Positions 39,389-51,668 of a DNA stretch of 64,000 bases are shown one piece after another (the stretch's first letter is position 1; every line of letters begins with the position of its first letter). The DNA lies in the NCBI GenBank assembly GCA_028534125.1, contig CM052818.1, forward strand, positions 20,772,001-20,836,000. The letters are read 5' to 3'. The position numbers and the translations under genes were made by a program. The notes beneath the pieces are model-generated. The model did not search any database, was not told the DNA's origin, and saw only the letters and a program-made list of their open reading frames with translations. Source of the stretch: Lama glama (lineage: Eukaryota).

Positions 39389-40093
39389 CAGTGGTTCTCA
39401 GAGTGTAGTTTTAGACTTCATCAGAATTTAAAACTTTTCTATTTCAAAAGACTATTAGAAAAATGAAAGGACAAGCCAAAAATTGGGAGAAAGTATTTGC
39501 AAATATATATGTATCTGGTGTATCTGGTAAAGGACTTGTAACTAGCATACATAAAGAACACTTAGAACTCAATAATAAGAAGACAAGCCAGTTAAAAATG
39601 GGCAAAGATTTGAATAGATATTGAATAGAGAAGATTTGGAAAGGCCAACAAAAACACTGAATAAATGTTCAGCATCATTATTGATTGAAAAATGTAAAAT
39701 AAGCTACAGGTAGATACCACTAGAATAGTTGTAAAGACAGACAACAAGTATTATCAAGGCAATCAACAAACTGGAGCACTTTTCATTGTACCTAGGCAGT
39801 TTCTTAAAAAATTAAACATAAATGTACAACCCAGCATTTTCACTCTTGGGACTCTATCCAGGAAAAATGAAACATATACTTAAGGTGGATGAATTTTATG
39901 AAATGTAAATTATACCTCAATAAGACTTTAAAATCTGTGCTCTCAGCAGCATCAGCATCAGCATCACCAGTAAACTTGTTACAAATGCAAATTCTCAGCT
40001 CCAGTGAAACAGAAACTCTGGGGCTGGGGCCCAGCAATCTGTTTTAACAACCTCCAGCAGATTCTGATGCAGGATTAAGTTTGATAATCACTT
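39389..40093. mobile_element. MER5A DNA transposon split by a + strand L1 fragment (about 39415-39935)
   Basis: cagtggttctca left TIR; cagcatcagcatcacc...caaatgcaaattctcag...gggcccagcaatctgttttaacaa right part; the insert carries L1 ORF2-end motifs (aattgggagaaagtatttgcaaat, aaaaatgggcaaag). Confidence 0.85.
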
Positions 40094-42773
40094 GAGTATC
40101 AAGAAAGGTTAAATGGAAATGTGGGTAGTTTGGGTACAGCTTATGTACATTCAATCTGCCCTGTTACTGTAACTGTAGGAAAGGTTTGAATTAAGGACTG
40201 TTGTAGTAGAGTTAAAGAAAATTACAGGGCAATGGGAGTAAAAATAAACTGGCCTTTCATGTCCTTGATATGTCTCTATGAGAAGCTTTATGATTGTGAT
40301 GTTTGTGTACCACATATATTAGTAAATTCCTGTGTTCTTTTAGGCTTGCTGTTACTTAACGAACATAGCATAAACAGGTTCATTTGGCATAACAACAGTG
40401 GAAGTTTAGATCCTTGAAAGGAATTATTTCTCCTAAATATTTACACAGTGTTATATAGCAGAGCCAGAAATGTGCAGTGATCCCAAAAAAGTAAAGATCT
40501 GACCATAGATAAAGAAATAAATGAAGCAGCCAGCTGAACTGAACAAAACTCATTCTCTCCCTCCATCTGTTGAGTGTACTTTTAAAAACCACTCTTATGG
40601 TTGATCTAGAGTAGTCATCTTATGTATGGCATGTGCTTTCAGGGTTTGTTTGGGTTTTCTTTCCCAAGAGCATTATCTGGGTGGCCAAAAGAAATTCTGA
40701 AGTTTGAGGCTGCCTCAGAAAATGGCCTGGTGATTCAAACCGGAGGCTGCTGGTTGGTGAGTGTTAGGTGACACATTATGTAGAGAGGGTCTCCCTTAAA
40801 TGGGGGGTGATGTGCTGTTTTCTGCAGGGGTATAAGTTCACTTCAGAGGACAGTAGAGGTTGGCAGGGTGGGGGTTGGAGCTAAAAACAAAAGGAAATCA
40901 AGGGAGAAAAAGAGGAGTGGGTAATGGTGTGAAAACTGATAAAATGTGTGTCATTTGTTAGTGGAGTTCACTGAGATTGTCAGCAAGTATTCAGAAGAAC
41001 ATTAGGGAATATAGCACAAATCATTATTTCCAAAAGTTTATTCAACTGTAGGTAAAAAGAACTAGGCTATTAGTTATTGGCAAAGTATATCTCAGCTTCT
41101 GTCTCTCTTACTGTTTTGCTTCTCATTATCTCTTTTCCTTTGCTTCTTTCCTTTTTTGTTGCTATTTCTTAAAGCTTTTAATAATTCATATTATTGAGCA
41201 CTTATTATTAGCAAAATATTAGAATATTATATTCCTAAATTGGTAATTCTGATTCTGACTTCTGTTATTGGATGAATAATAAAGGAATAAAATATTTTGT
41301 AATAAGTTTCATTCTGAAAAGTCTATACCATAGCAATCTGAATATTTATTAGTGGATAAATTCTCATTGATGTGTTTAAGCTGGAAAAAAAAAGAAGGGC
41401 TAGAAAAGAATAAATGAAGCAAACTTTCCCCTTTGTAAGAAAACTCCACAATTCTCTGTGTAACTGTCAGATTTATATCTAAATAGAATTGCATTTGAAC
41501 AACAATAAACACAGGTAATCTATTATTATATGAATAAGCGCAAATTGAGTACCAAAAAAATTGCCAATTTTAGAGTTAACTACAAGAATGAGGAGAGACA
41601 TACTTTTTGGTGTGCTGGGGGGGTGCAGGGATGGCAGGTGGCTTGACATCATGTTCTTTAAATCAGTACATTTCGGAATGTTGACAGAGGACAGTTTGAT
41701 TATAAAGTTAGATCGGTTATTTCTACCTTGCCCTCTGAGTTTTTGTGACTTGTTAGTAGCGAACGTGGTGTGTTTACCGCCGCAAACAATGTCCTCTTCC
41801 ACAGTTAGTTCACTCTCCCTGCTCGCTTTGCTTGTTCTGGATCCGCGGGGCCCTGTCCTTGTGCCTAGTCTAACACCACTTTAGCACCGGGCCCCGTGGT
41901 TGCTCCCATGGCTGCTTTTCCTTGAGCTGCCTTTAGTGGTATTACGCAGTACTGGTAACAACTTCATGTTGGTCTCAAACGTAGATGGGGAAGGAAAAAT
42001 AAAGGAGGGTTTTTTTTTTTTTAAAGAAAAGCGGAAGACAGTGAAAGAAAATAAAAGGAATACTTACCTTAGAGGATGGTAGAGACTGACAGTTTCTGCT
42101 GGTTCCATTTGTCAGAAACTGCTTTTACCTCAGTGGAGGGACTCAACCTACAAATAGAGACAAGCTGTCCATCTTCTTTGTCCTTCAGTTTGTTGATTTG
42201 CTTTCCCCTGTGACACCATTTGAGGGTACCAGTGATTTTGTCATCTCTGTAATTGAATGGCCCACTGACAGCAGTAAAAGTCATTTAAGTGGAATGTTTT
42301 GACACACTGGTACACTGGAGCAGCTCAGCATCATTGTGAATATAAACCTGAGAGTGCTAAATAGCAGAACCAGATCCTCAGATTGAATGAATACTCTTGT
42401 GGTGTTTATGGCCCAGAGGAATAGATAGCTGGTACTTTGAAGAACCCCAAATTCCAAATTATAGTTCTGTTTGGTAGTTGCTAATTTGAGTTTGTCCATT
42501 TTAGGTCTCTCTTGTGTCTAGAAAGTATTAGTCAGATACAGTGTGAGGCACTGAAGGTTAAGTAGGTAAGGGAACTCTATACTGTTTAACTACTGCTCTG
42601 TGGATGTGATAGGATGTCATTTTGAGTTCTCCCAGGCTTGTTATGGGTCCCCTGTGTGATAACTGTACTGTTGCTAGACTCGTTCTTTTTGGAAAATGCT
42701 CATTCTTTGAAAGATAGATTATAATTTTTTTTTTTAAACTGTGGTGATTGGAGAATTGCTTCTAACTGGTCTT

Positions 42774-42788
42774 CCACCAGATGGTGCT
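42774..42788 (+). promoter_or_regulatory. Candidate CTCF binding site
   Basis: CCACCAGATGGTGCT closely matches the CTCF core consensus CCASYAGRKGGCRS. Confidence 0.55.
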
Positions 42789-45700
42789 AGTGTTACATCC
42801 CTGCAGGTAAACTCCATGGTGCCATTGAAATCTTGATATTGTGTATTTTTGGTTTTTTCTGTTTTACCAAATTTTGCCTTTTTTTTTTCCCCCACACACA
42901 CTACTTCCTGGTATACTACTACATCAACTCATGTCTTTTATGTTGTGGATAGTGAAATGCTTGTGCCTGATGATCATGAAGGATAACTTGGGGGTTGAAT
43001 TCAGAAGCCAAGGACTAAGTACAGCTTAAAAATATATCATATGTATTTTCTGGTAAAATCTTTCATCATGTATTTGCTTCTTATATGACCTGTATGTACA
43101 CATCAAGAGCTTACTCTTGACTTTTCTCCTTAGCCACTTTACTTTCATGTTATAAACAATATCATAAAATATTATTTGAGATCTCCTAGAATCCATGTTG
43201 GAAGTTATTACTAACAAATGTTGTGTTTATTCACACTTAAGTTCAAAATAACTTTAATAACTTTAAAAGAAAGTTGATTTAAAAAAAATGAAGAAAATGT
43301 GATGTCAAGTCCCCTGGCTAATTAAACTGGTCATTTGAAACTTAAATTTTAAGTTTTTTCTGTTTACAAATAAATATATAGTTACTGCAGAAAAATTTAA
43401 AGAAATAATAATGTAATTATAGGAATAACTCATATTTAAGTACTATTAATAATACATAGACTTTTTTCTTTTGCATATACCTGTGTTAAAAATCATCAAC
43501 GTTGGTTTCATGTCAGTTTCATGACCAACTTTACCACTTAATATTTTCCAACAGTAATTTTTAATGACAGTATAGTTTTCCACTAATGAACTCTTTAGTG
43601 ATAGACAGTTTGGTTTCAGTTTCTTTCAGTTGGAGCTGTGCTATGATGAATACAGCTTTTGTGTGTGTGTGTGTGTAAATTAAAATTTCTTTCATATAAA
43701 TTCTTAAAAATATAATAGCAGTTCAGAAAGAATGTATATTTTTGTGAACTTTGGTCTGTATTTTTAAATTACCATCCAAAAGAGTTTTCCAGTTTAAACA
43801 ACTTTAACAGTATAGTATTTTGCTTGTTTCCCTGCATCCTTATCATCACCAGAATACCTTAGTGTTTTAAATGACTAGAGAGTGCTCATTTGAGAGTCCC
43901 TAAGATGACAATTCATTACTAAACAAAGGAATTTAAAACTGCTGTCTTTTTCTTTTTCTTTCTTTCTTTTTTTTTTTTTTTTTTTTTTAGAAATAAGTAT
44001 TCCTTTTAACATTAAATCCTAGGGTCCCTTTTATTTATGGTGGTTTGATTTTTGACCTTGTCTCCCATCCCGAAAATATAAACAGCTATCCTTTCATACT
44101 TCAGAACACATTATCTCATAGGCAGAGCAAAGAATTGAGATTTGTGTTGATTAGCTTTTTTAGCACTTTCTATTACTTGTTGAGAAACTTAGGTCAAGTC
44201 ATTTACTCTCTCTTCATATAAATGTTTCTCAGTCTGAAAATTTGGAAAAACTGTTTCTAGAGAAATTATTTTTAAAACTTTAGTGAAATGAGCTTTGCAT
44301 TTAGTACATTTTTTTTGGTGTGCAGAAAGAAGGAAGAAAAGGAAGCTGCTAGGTATCGATAAAGCTTAAGAAATTCTAGTATACTTTTGCAAAGAATTAA
44401 GAACGCATCAGTTTTTATTAGTTTAAGCCAATATATTATAGCTGATTCTTGATATCTTACTAAATACTAACTGCATTTTCCTTTAACTAGGTTCACTTTG
44501 AATTAAATTCTTCTGTTAACATAGGAAGCATGCAGTTTATTTTTAAATAAGAAAAAAATGCTATTTTCATATTTAGGAAATGAGAGGGGAGGAGACTCAT
44601 ACAGAGGCTTCAAGTAGCCTTGTAAATGAATGTGAAAACTATTAGCCCAATAACTTAAAAAAACAAATAGCTAGTTTTCCTCTCTCATGAGAACAATCAA
44701 CCCCCCCACCCCGGTCTCATCTTGGTAAAAGAAATTGCCATTCCTTCACTGTCAGAATGAACAGTCACTGCAAGAAAAGTGCTTGCAAACCTGGTTTTAA
44801 AAGATTCATCAACATACAATTTATCTTGGTAGAAGAGACTTATAAACTGTGGATATATAAATTCTGTGGTTTAAACACATGTATTTTTTTAAAATAAAAT
44901 AAATTATACTAATAAATGATCAGATTTATGTAACATCACTGAATTTTAATTGAGATAACAAAAGTTAGGATTTTTAATTTACAGAGTCTTTGTTAAAAAG
45001 TTTTAAATGAATTTAAAAGTAAATGCATCTGTATTGTGGGCCTTTCACTTGTTTTTTAGGTTATGAGTGTGGGGATTATATATATTTTTTTAATAAAAAG
45101 ACCTAGAAAGATTCTAGCATAGTGCTGAATTAGATAAAATGTTTTAAAAATTATCAGTTTGAAAGTAGAGAATGAGCACATTAATGTATAGATCTGGTAA
45201 AACCTAAGTCCAGTGGTAGCTTCTGAAGTATACTTTCATATATTTAAAGCTTGAGTTACCATATGTGTATATTTAGGCGTTTGTCTACAAGCAATTTGAA
45301 AGGGATTCAGAGTACTGTAATAATCTTGAAATCTTAGTTCAGTTAGAACTGTGTCAGTTAGATTCCCCCCAAATTATAAATTTTGCTCAGAGTCTTGCCT
45401 GCTTTATGGCAAAATAAATAATCAAGTTGCTAAGATTATGAGCCTAATTAGTTAACACCTGAGAGAAATTTGTTTTGTGAACTATAATACTTCCTAGATA
45501 TCTGAATCTTGTGCAAAGTTTATTTTGGCTTTCTTCAAGATATGCTAGAGATAATTGGAATAATTTTCTAATAGTTTATTGGGAAACTTCCTAATAAACA
45601 GAAAGTGGCTTATAAAATGTGGCATACTTTCTACTGAATGTCTATCCTTGAACTCTCAGTAGGAAAGAAAGAAAAGAGTGGGGGAGGATGTTATAACTTT

Positions 45701-47718
45701 TGTTTTTAGCAGCTCCTCCTGGAAAAAATCATCACCACTCCCAGCTTGATGTTTCATTTAATTCTTGCCACGTACACTTCTTAGATCCTTATATGTTTTA
45801 TATTGAAGTAATCAATGTTGAGGTTTCTCTGTTCATTTAGATTATTTAAGCATTCTGATCTATGCTTAGTACTGAACTGTTTATTGGACCCGTGCTATCT
45901 AATAACTGTAGCATATGAAATTTACTACATTTTGTATTGATTTAATATTAATGTTAATCTAAAATCTTTGGGTGCAGCGTGTCACATCTGTTTTGTATTC
46001 CTCTGTTTAAAAGAAGTGGCAGTATGGTATTTGGAGGAATATTTATTATCTGAGTGTTTTTCTTTGCAACAGTTTCCCTCAGTCTTTTGAGAATTATAAC
46101 TTCTAAGAGACAGTGAATCACCCAGCAAATTCTCAGGTACCCAACTGCTAAAGGCCGCAGTTAATTGAAATTTTTATTTACCATTTAAGTTCCCTTTGCT
46201 CAAGTAGTGGTAAGTTTAGAGGCTTCTGGCAATGACAGAAAATAAATTTGTGGTAAGATTTTTAAAAATATTCTTTTCTCTTAATAATAGGTCCAGCCTG
46301 CACTTTATGGATACTCTGGTTTTTTTAGAAAAACTTTGTTAGGATGGGTGTTCATTTGTATTTGAAACCAAATTTTCCATGGCTGGTGACGAAATACTCG
46401 TTTATGCTAAATTTCGTCAAGTGCTTGGTTTTGTGCTTTGTGTATTTAAGATATACCCAGTTACCTCTTATTATATCACGATGATGGTGTGGATGAGGAA
46501 CAGGATGAGCAACCATGCTTTGCAGTTGCAGAGTGTTCGTTTTCCCTATTGTGAAAATTTAGGATAGTAGATCTTGGTTGCAAAAAAATGTAAGTCTTCT
46601 TGTTGCACAAAATAATCTTCTCAAGTCTCAGTGGCTTATCATTGTTGTCAAAGTTCAACCAAGAGTTCTCCAAAGAACTCTTTGGGATAGCTAACTAACT
46701 TTTTCACATTTTGCATATCAGTGTTACAATAGGGCAATATGTTAAAAGAAATCTGCTCAACTTGTCTCATAATTGAGGAGCAGAGAAAGGGAGAGGCTTC
46801 TAAGAGTGGATTAAATATTAAGCACCAACATGTGCCTGCTTTTGGATCTTGATACCTAGATCATCATGTGGTACAGAAACATAGGTATTGTAAATACTTA
46901 AGGTAGATGATGCTTCCTTTGCAAATTGTGTTACAAAGAAAGCCTCTAATTTTAAAATGTTTGATAAACTGTACAAATGTCAACCAGTATACAACTGTCA
47001 TCTGTAAGAGTGCTCCCATTGTGGTTTGTAAAGTATATGGAGCAAAAGAAGAAAGGAAGAGGATGATATGTGTGATGCTTTGATTAAATAAATGACGAAA
47101 TGAAGTGGCTTAACACCTGCCTGAAGTGATATGTTTCAAGTTCACTGAAAGAATTTCAGATTCTCATGAAAAAAAGTGGAGTAATATCCTATCTGTTCCC
47201 TTTCCTTTTCATATTGTAGTTGTTAATTATAACCAGTTAATAATAATGGCAATGTTCATGGCAATGGTTTTTGTGTATATCCACATATGCCCATATCCAC
47301 ACACATGTCTATTTTCCAAGATGCTTTAGAAAGATTAATTCAGATGGGAGTCATAAATGTCAGTCAGTGATAGATTATAAACAGAAGAGAAGCTAAGTAT
47401 TCTGAAAATTTTGAGATTGGCATCACGGAGAAGTATCCATTATGTTCATCTGTAAACTCTCTGTTATGGCTACTGACAGAAAATGATTGAATGAATTCTT
47501 TATGGATTTAAGCCTATGTATTTCCTACGCGAAGAACACAAACACTGCTTAATCACTTTATGTTAATGAAAAATTAAATATTATAGGTATCATTGAAATA
47601 CAAAGAGAGCACTTTGTCTTGCAGTTTTCTTTCTGTATAAAACCTAGTCTCACCCATGTGTTTTCTTTGAGCAGACAGAAAGTTTGAGAAATGATATTCT
47701 CCTTTTCTTTCTTCTCAG

Positions 47719-47810
47719 CATTGTCAGTGAAGCAGGAGCATCAATCTACAGTGTCAGCCCTGAAGCTAACAAAGAGATGCCAGGACTGGACCCTAATTTG
47801 AGAAGTGCAG
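47719..47810 (+). CDS. SRBD1: SRBD1 coding exon (92 nt)
   Basis: Acceptor ccttttctttcttctcag|, donor cag|gtaaga; translates (C)[30 protein letters not shown](V) with the Tex-family VSEAGAS.YS motif; in phase with the exon ending at 8580. Confidence 0.97.
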
Positions 47811-48105
47811 GTAAGAAACTATGGGTCATCACAAAAGCATGTGATTTTGATATTTTGGACGTGTATTTGTAGCAGGCAAAGTATTTAAGCATCCAAGAAA
47901 TTTTAGAAAATGTATTACAGGCATGTTATAAAGAGAGTGGTTGATTGGAATAATACTGGGAATTTCCGAAAAGAAGCAGAAGAATACTGTTTTTAAAGAA
48001 CACTATACATTGTGTTCTAGAGTATGGTGAAAAATTAGCCCAAAACATCTTTAGTAAAATTAAATACTAGAGAGTTAATGATAAAAATAATAAAATGCTC
48101 TAAAC

Positions 48106-48106
<1 letters not shown>

Positions 48107-48160
<54 letters not shown>
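48107..48160. repeat. (TTA)18 microsatellite
   Basis: Uninterrupted 54-bp trinucleotide repeat. Confidence 0.97.
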
Positions 48161-48161
<1 letters not shown>

Positions 48162-48529
48162 TACAAATATTACTTATAGCTTTTTGTTGGAGAAAAGTAA
48201 TATATTAGAATAAAAATATTTAAAGTGCAAAGACTTTCAGCTTATTGTTAAATATTTGTCAAATGACCAGTTTCTTGTCTTGCTAATAAGAATTATCATT
48301 AGTGTATTATTGTTTAAAGCAGTCTGATTTGATTTTAGTTGTATTTAGTTGCTGCGGTGTGGAATAGTTTAAATCTTGTGTGTGAAGAAATTAAAAAATT
48401 TTGATAACAACTAATGAAAGTAATTGGTATCACAAGCAAAATATAGATCTGGTCAGCATTCTTCTGTGTAACAGGTGGTATTACTGCTTTGTTAGAAGTG
48501 GACTTTTCTTTGTGTGTTTACTGATTTAT

Positions 48530-48722
48530 TATTTTTTAAATTGAAATATAGTTGATTTATTATGTAAGTTTCAGGTGTACAGCATTGTGATTCAGTATTT
48601 TTAAAGATTATACTCATTTCAAAGTTATTGCAAGATAGTGGCTATAATTCCCATTGCTATACAATATGTCCTTGTTGTCTATTTTATATAAAGTAATTTG
48701 CATCTGTTAATTCCCTAATTTG
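48530..48722 (-). mobile_element. Short 5'-truncated L1 3' end (artiodactyl type)
   Basis: ttgaaatatagttgattt...gtttcaggtgtacagcattgtgattcagt...ctataattcccattgctatacaatatgtccttgttg. Confidence 0.85.
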
Positions 48723-48930
48723 GGATTTCCTCAAATTAGGGGAAATGGAATTTTTATTTAATTTTTTCCTTAAATATTCTCATCAGATTTCTTTGGCTGT
48801 TCTTGAAATATCTATCTGGAGATATATATTTGGAAATTTTTGCATTAAAAACTTTTCTTAATCCAAAAGAGCTATAGTTTCCCTTCAGTTGTTCATTCCA
48901 TGACACAATTCCCTGTCTAAAAGGATCATC

Positions 48931-49469
48931 TTTTTTCTTAAATTTTACTTTTTACTGAAGTGTGTTGACCTACAATGTTAGTTTCAGGTGTATAGCAAAG
49001 CAATTCAATTATACATATTTATACATATATACACACACACACATATATATATGTATATATATGCATATATATTTTCAGATTCTTTTCCATTATAGTTTGT
49101 TACAAGAAATTGAATATAGATCCCTGTGCTATCCAATAGGTCCTTGTTGTTTATCCACTTTATATGTAGTAGTGTGTAACTGTTAATCCAAACTCCGAAT
49201 TTATCCCTCCACCCTTTTCCCCTTTGGTAACCATAGTTTATGTGCTATGTCTGTGAGTCTATTTCTGATTTGTAAATAAAATTTGTATCTTTTTTTTAGG
49301 TTCCACATAAAAGTGATATCATATGATATTTGTCTTTCTCTGTCTGACTTACTTCACTTAATATGATAATCTCTAGGTCCATCCATTTGCTGCATATGGC
49401 ATTATTTCACTCTTTTTTATGGCTGAGTAATATTCCGTTGTGTATATATACACCACATCTTCTTTATCC
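48931..49469 (-). mobile_element. 5'-truncated L1 3' end (artiodactyl type)
   Basis: gtttcaggtgtatagcaaag, cccctttggtaaccatagttt, ttccacataaaagtgatatcatatgatatttgtctttctctgtctgacttacttcactta; degenerate TSD taaaaggatcat / aaaaatgatcat. Confidence 0.9.
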
Positions 49470-49659
49470 TAAAAAAATGATCATTTTTTCAAACTCAGAT
49501 CACAGCTCAAGATCTTGCTTCTTCGATGAAGTCTTTCTCTGTCACACCAACTCTGTGTGGTCTCTGCCTCCTTGCCATGTTCTCTTTTGGTCCTTGCCTT
49601 GTAATAACAATAGTAATAATAATAATAGGAGTAGCTGTAGTAATCACAGTGGGAGCTGC

Positions 49660-49815
49660 TAATACTAATCTTTTAAAGCACTTAATATATGTGAAATAAT
49701 GTGGTAAATGGATTACCAGGATTATCTAATCCTCACAATTGCCCTGTGAGACACTTATTATTTCCATATACAGATGAGGAAACCCAGACTTAAATAGGCT
49801 GCATAGCCAAGTAAG
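49660..49815 (-). mobile_element. MIR fragment
   Basis: taatcctcacaattgccctgtgag...tttccatatacagatgaggaaacccagact. Confidence 0.8.
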
Positions 49816-51085
49816 TGTGTCCATTATGTTTGTGTACTTAATTTCTGTAATAAAAGGATACCTTTCTTCACAAAAAATAAAATTCAGAGCCTCCCAAGTT
49901 GGCACTGAAAGGTAATCTACCAACAGGGCATTTGAAAAAAAAATACTACATAGGAGGTGACAGTCCCTTAGGCTTCCCATTGCTAATGGGGCTGCTGTTT
50001 CCTCTTTATCACTGGCCCGTGTGGGTTCATGACTGGCACAGTATTATTGGTGGGACAAGATTACAACATTCTAACAAGACTATGACAAGAGGAAATAATA
50101 AAGAGGGGAATTGGCATATAGTTCTAATTACTCTGATTTCAAAACCTAGCTGTGTCTTCAGCTTGTGATTCACTGCAGGTGTGCCTTCCTTCTTTGTCTC
50201 AGCTTGCATCCACATAGCAATGACTGTGTTTGATCCCTGTCAACTCAAAACATCTACCTAGACATTTTGAGTCTTCAAAGTCTGGTCCTGGAAGCAAATA
50301 TTGAAAGAAGCTGAGGGTTTCTACTCTTGGCTTTCTGGGGCCCACTTCCTTTTCAATTCCTGCTTTCTGACAGGGAGGGAGTCTTTATCTTTCCTAGTGA
50401 TTGATGCCAGGGATGACTTTATACTTCATTTGAGACCTGACCTACCTATGGGTGTGGGTTTTACCTTTCAACCCTCCATAAGTTTACTGTATCAAGTATA
50501 ACAGAACCTCAACATTCATACAAGTGTTAAACATATGTAAGAAAATGACCTTTCTCTTACTATATCTTCTTGACCAGTTTATCAGCTTATTGAAAACAGA
50601 GGTTATTCTTATATGTGCTTACATTCCCCCTGTAATAAATTCATTGTACTGAGAGGATTTAAGTTGGATGGATAGAATAGTAGATGGTTGGCATTTAAAT
50701 GTTTATTATGGATTTCTGGTCTAAAATGGAAAATTAAATATGCCTGTCATTCCTTCACTCCCTTGTGAAATTTCACTAAAATGACAGTAACTTGGTAGAA
50801 TGAAGGCATAAACTCACTAGGACAAAGAGAATGGGAGTGGGGATAAGAGCAACAATAGTTTTGAAGCTGGAAAACAGATGGCTGAGTAATAAGTGATCTA
50901 GCCAACTCAAGAAAGTTGAATACTGGGACAACATTATAGAAAACAGAGAACTAACCTGAAATAGATTGTGGAAGCCCTAAAGGGTCAGGAAATGTACTAA
51001 GCACCTTTAGAAGTATCTTGGGAGGGCTGAGAATAGGTCTAAAGTAAGAGGACTGAGTTAAAATCTGTTTAAAAAGCAATTAGAC

Positions 51086-51668
51086 AGAGTTAAACATAGA
51101 ATACCATATAACCCAGCAATCCTACTCCTTGGTATATACTCAAAAGAATTGAAAATAGGTACTCAGCAAATACTTGTACACAGATACTCATTGCAGCACT
51201 ATTCACAATAGCCAAAAACTGGAAACAACCCAAATGTCCATCAGCAGGTGAACAGATAAACAGAAAAATGCAGTCTTTCCATACAATGGAATATTATTTT
51301 CAGCCATAAAAAAGAATGAAGTAGTGATATGTACTACGACATGGATGAACCTTCAAAACATGCCAAGTGAAAGAAGCCAAACGAAAGGTCACATATTATA
51401 TGATTACATTTATATGAAATGTCCAGAAAGACAAATTTATAGACACAGAGAGCCGATTGGTGGTTGCCAGGGACTGGGGAGAGGGGAAAATGAAAAGGGA
51501 CTGCTTAATGGGTGCAAGGTTTCCTCTGGGGGTGATGGAAATGTTTTGGAATTTGATAGAGAGGGTGGTTTACATGATGTGTTGTAAGTATATTAAATAC
51601 CACTAAATGGTACACCTTAAAATGGTGATTTTATATTATGTGAATTTCACATCGATTAAAAAAAAAGA
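51086..51668 (+). mobile_element. L1MB-type 3' end inserted in an older L1ME-like 5' fragment (about 50710-52200)
   Basis: gagttaaacatagaataccatataacccagcaatcc, ggaaacaacccaaatgtccatca, atggatgaaccttcaaaacatgccaagtgaaagaagcca and an A-rich tail; flanks aagcaattagac / aaccatttagac resemble a decayed TSD. Confidence 0.9.
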
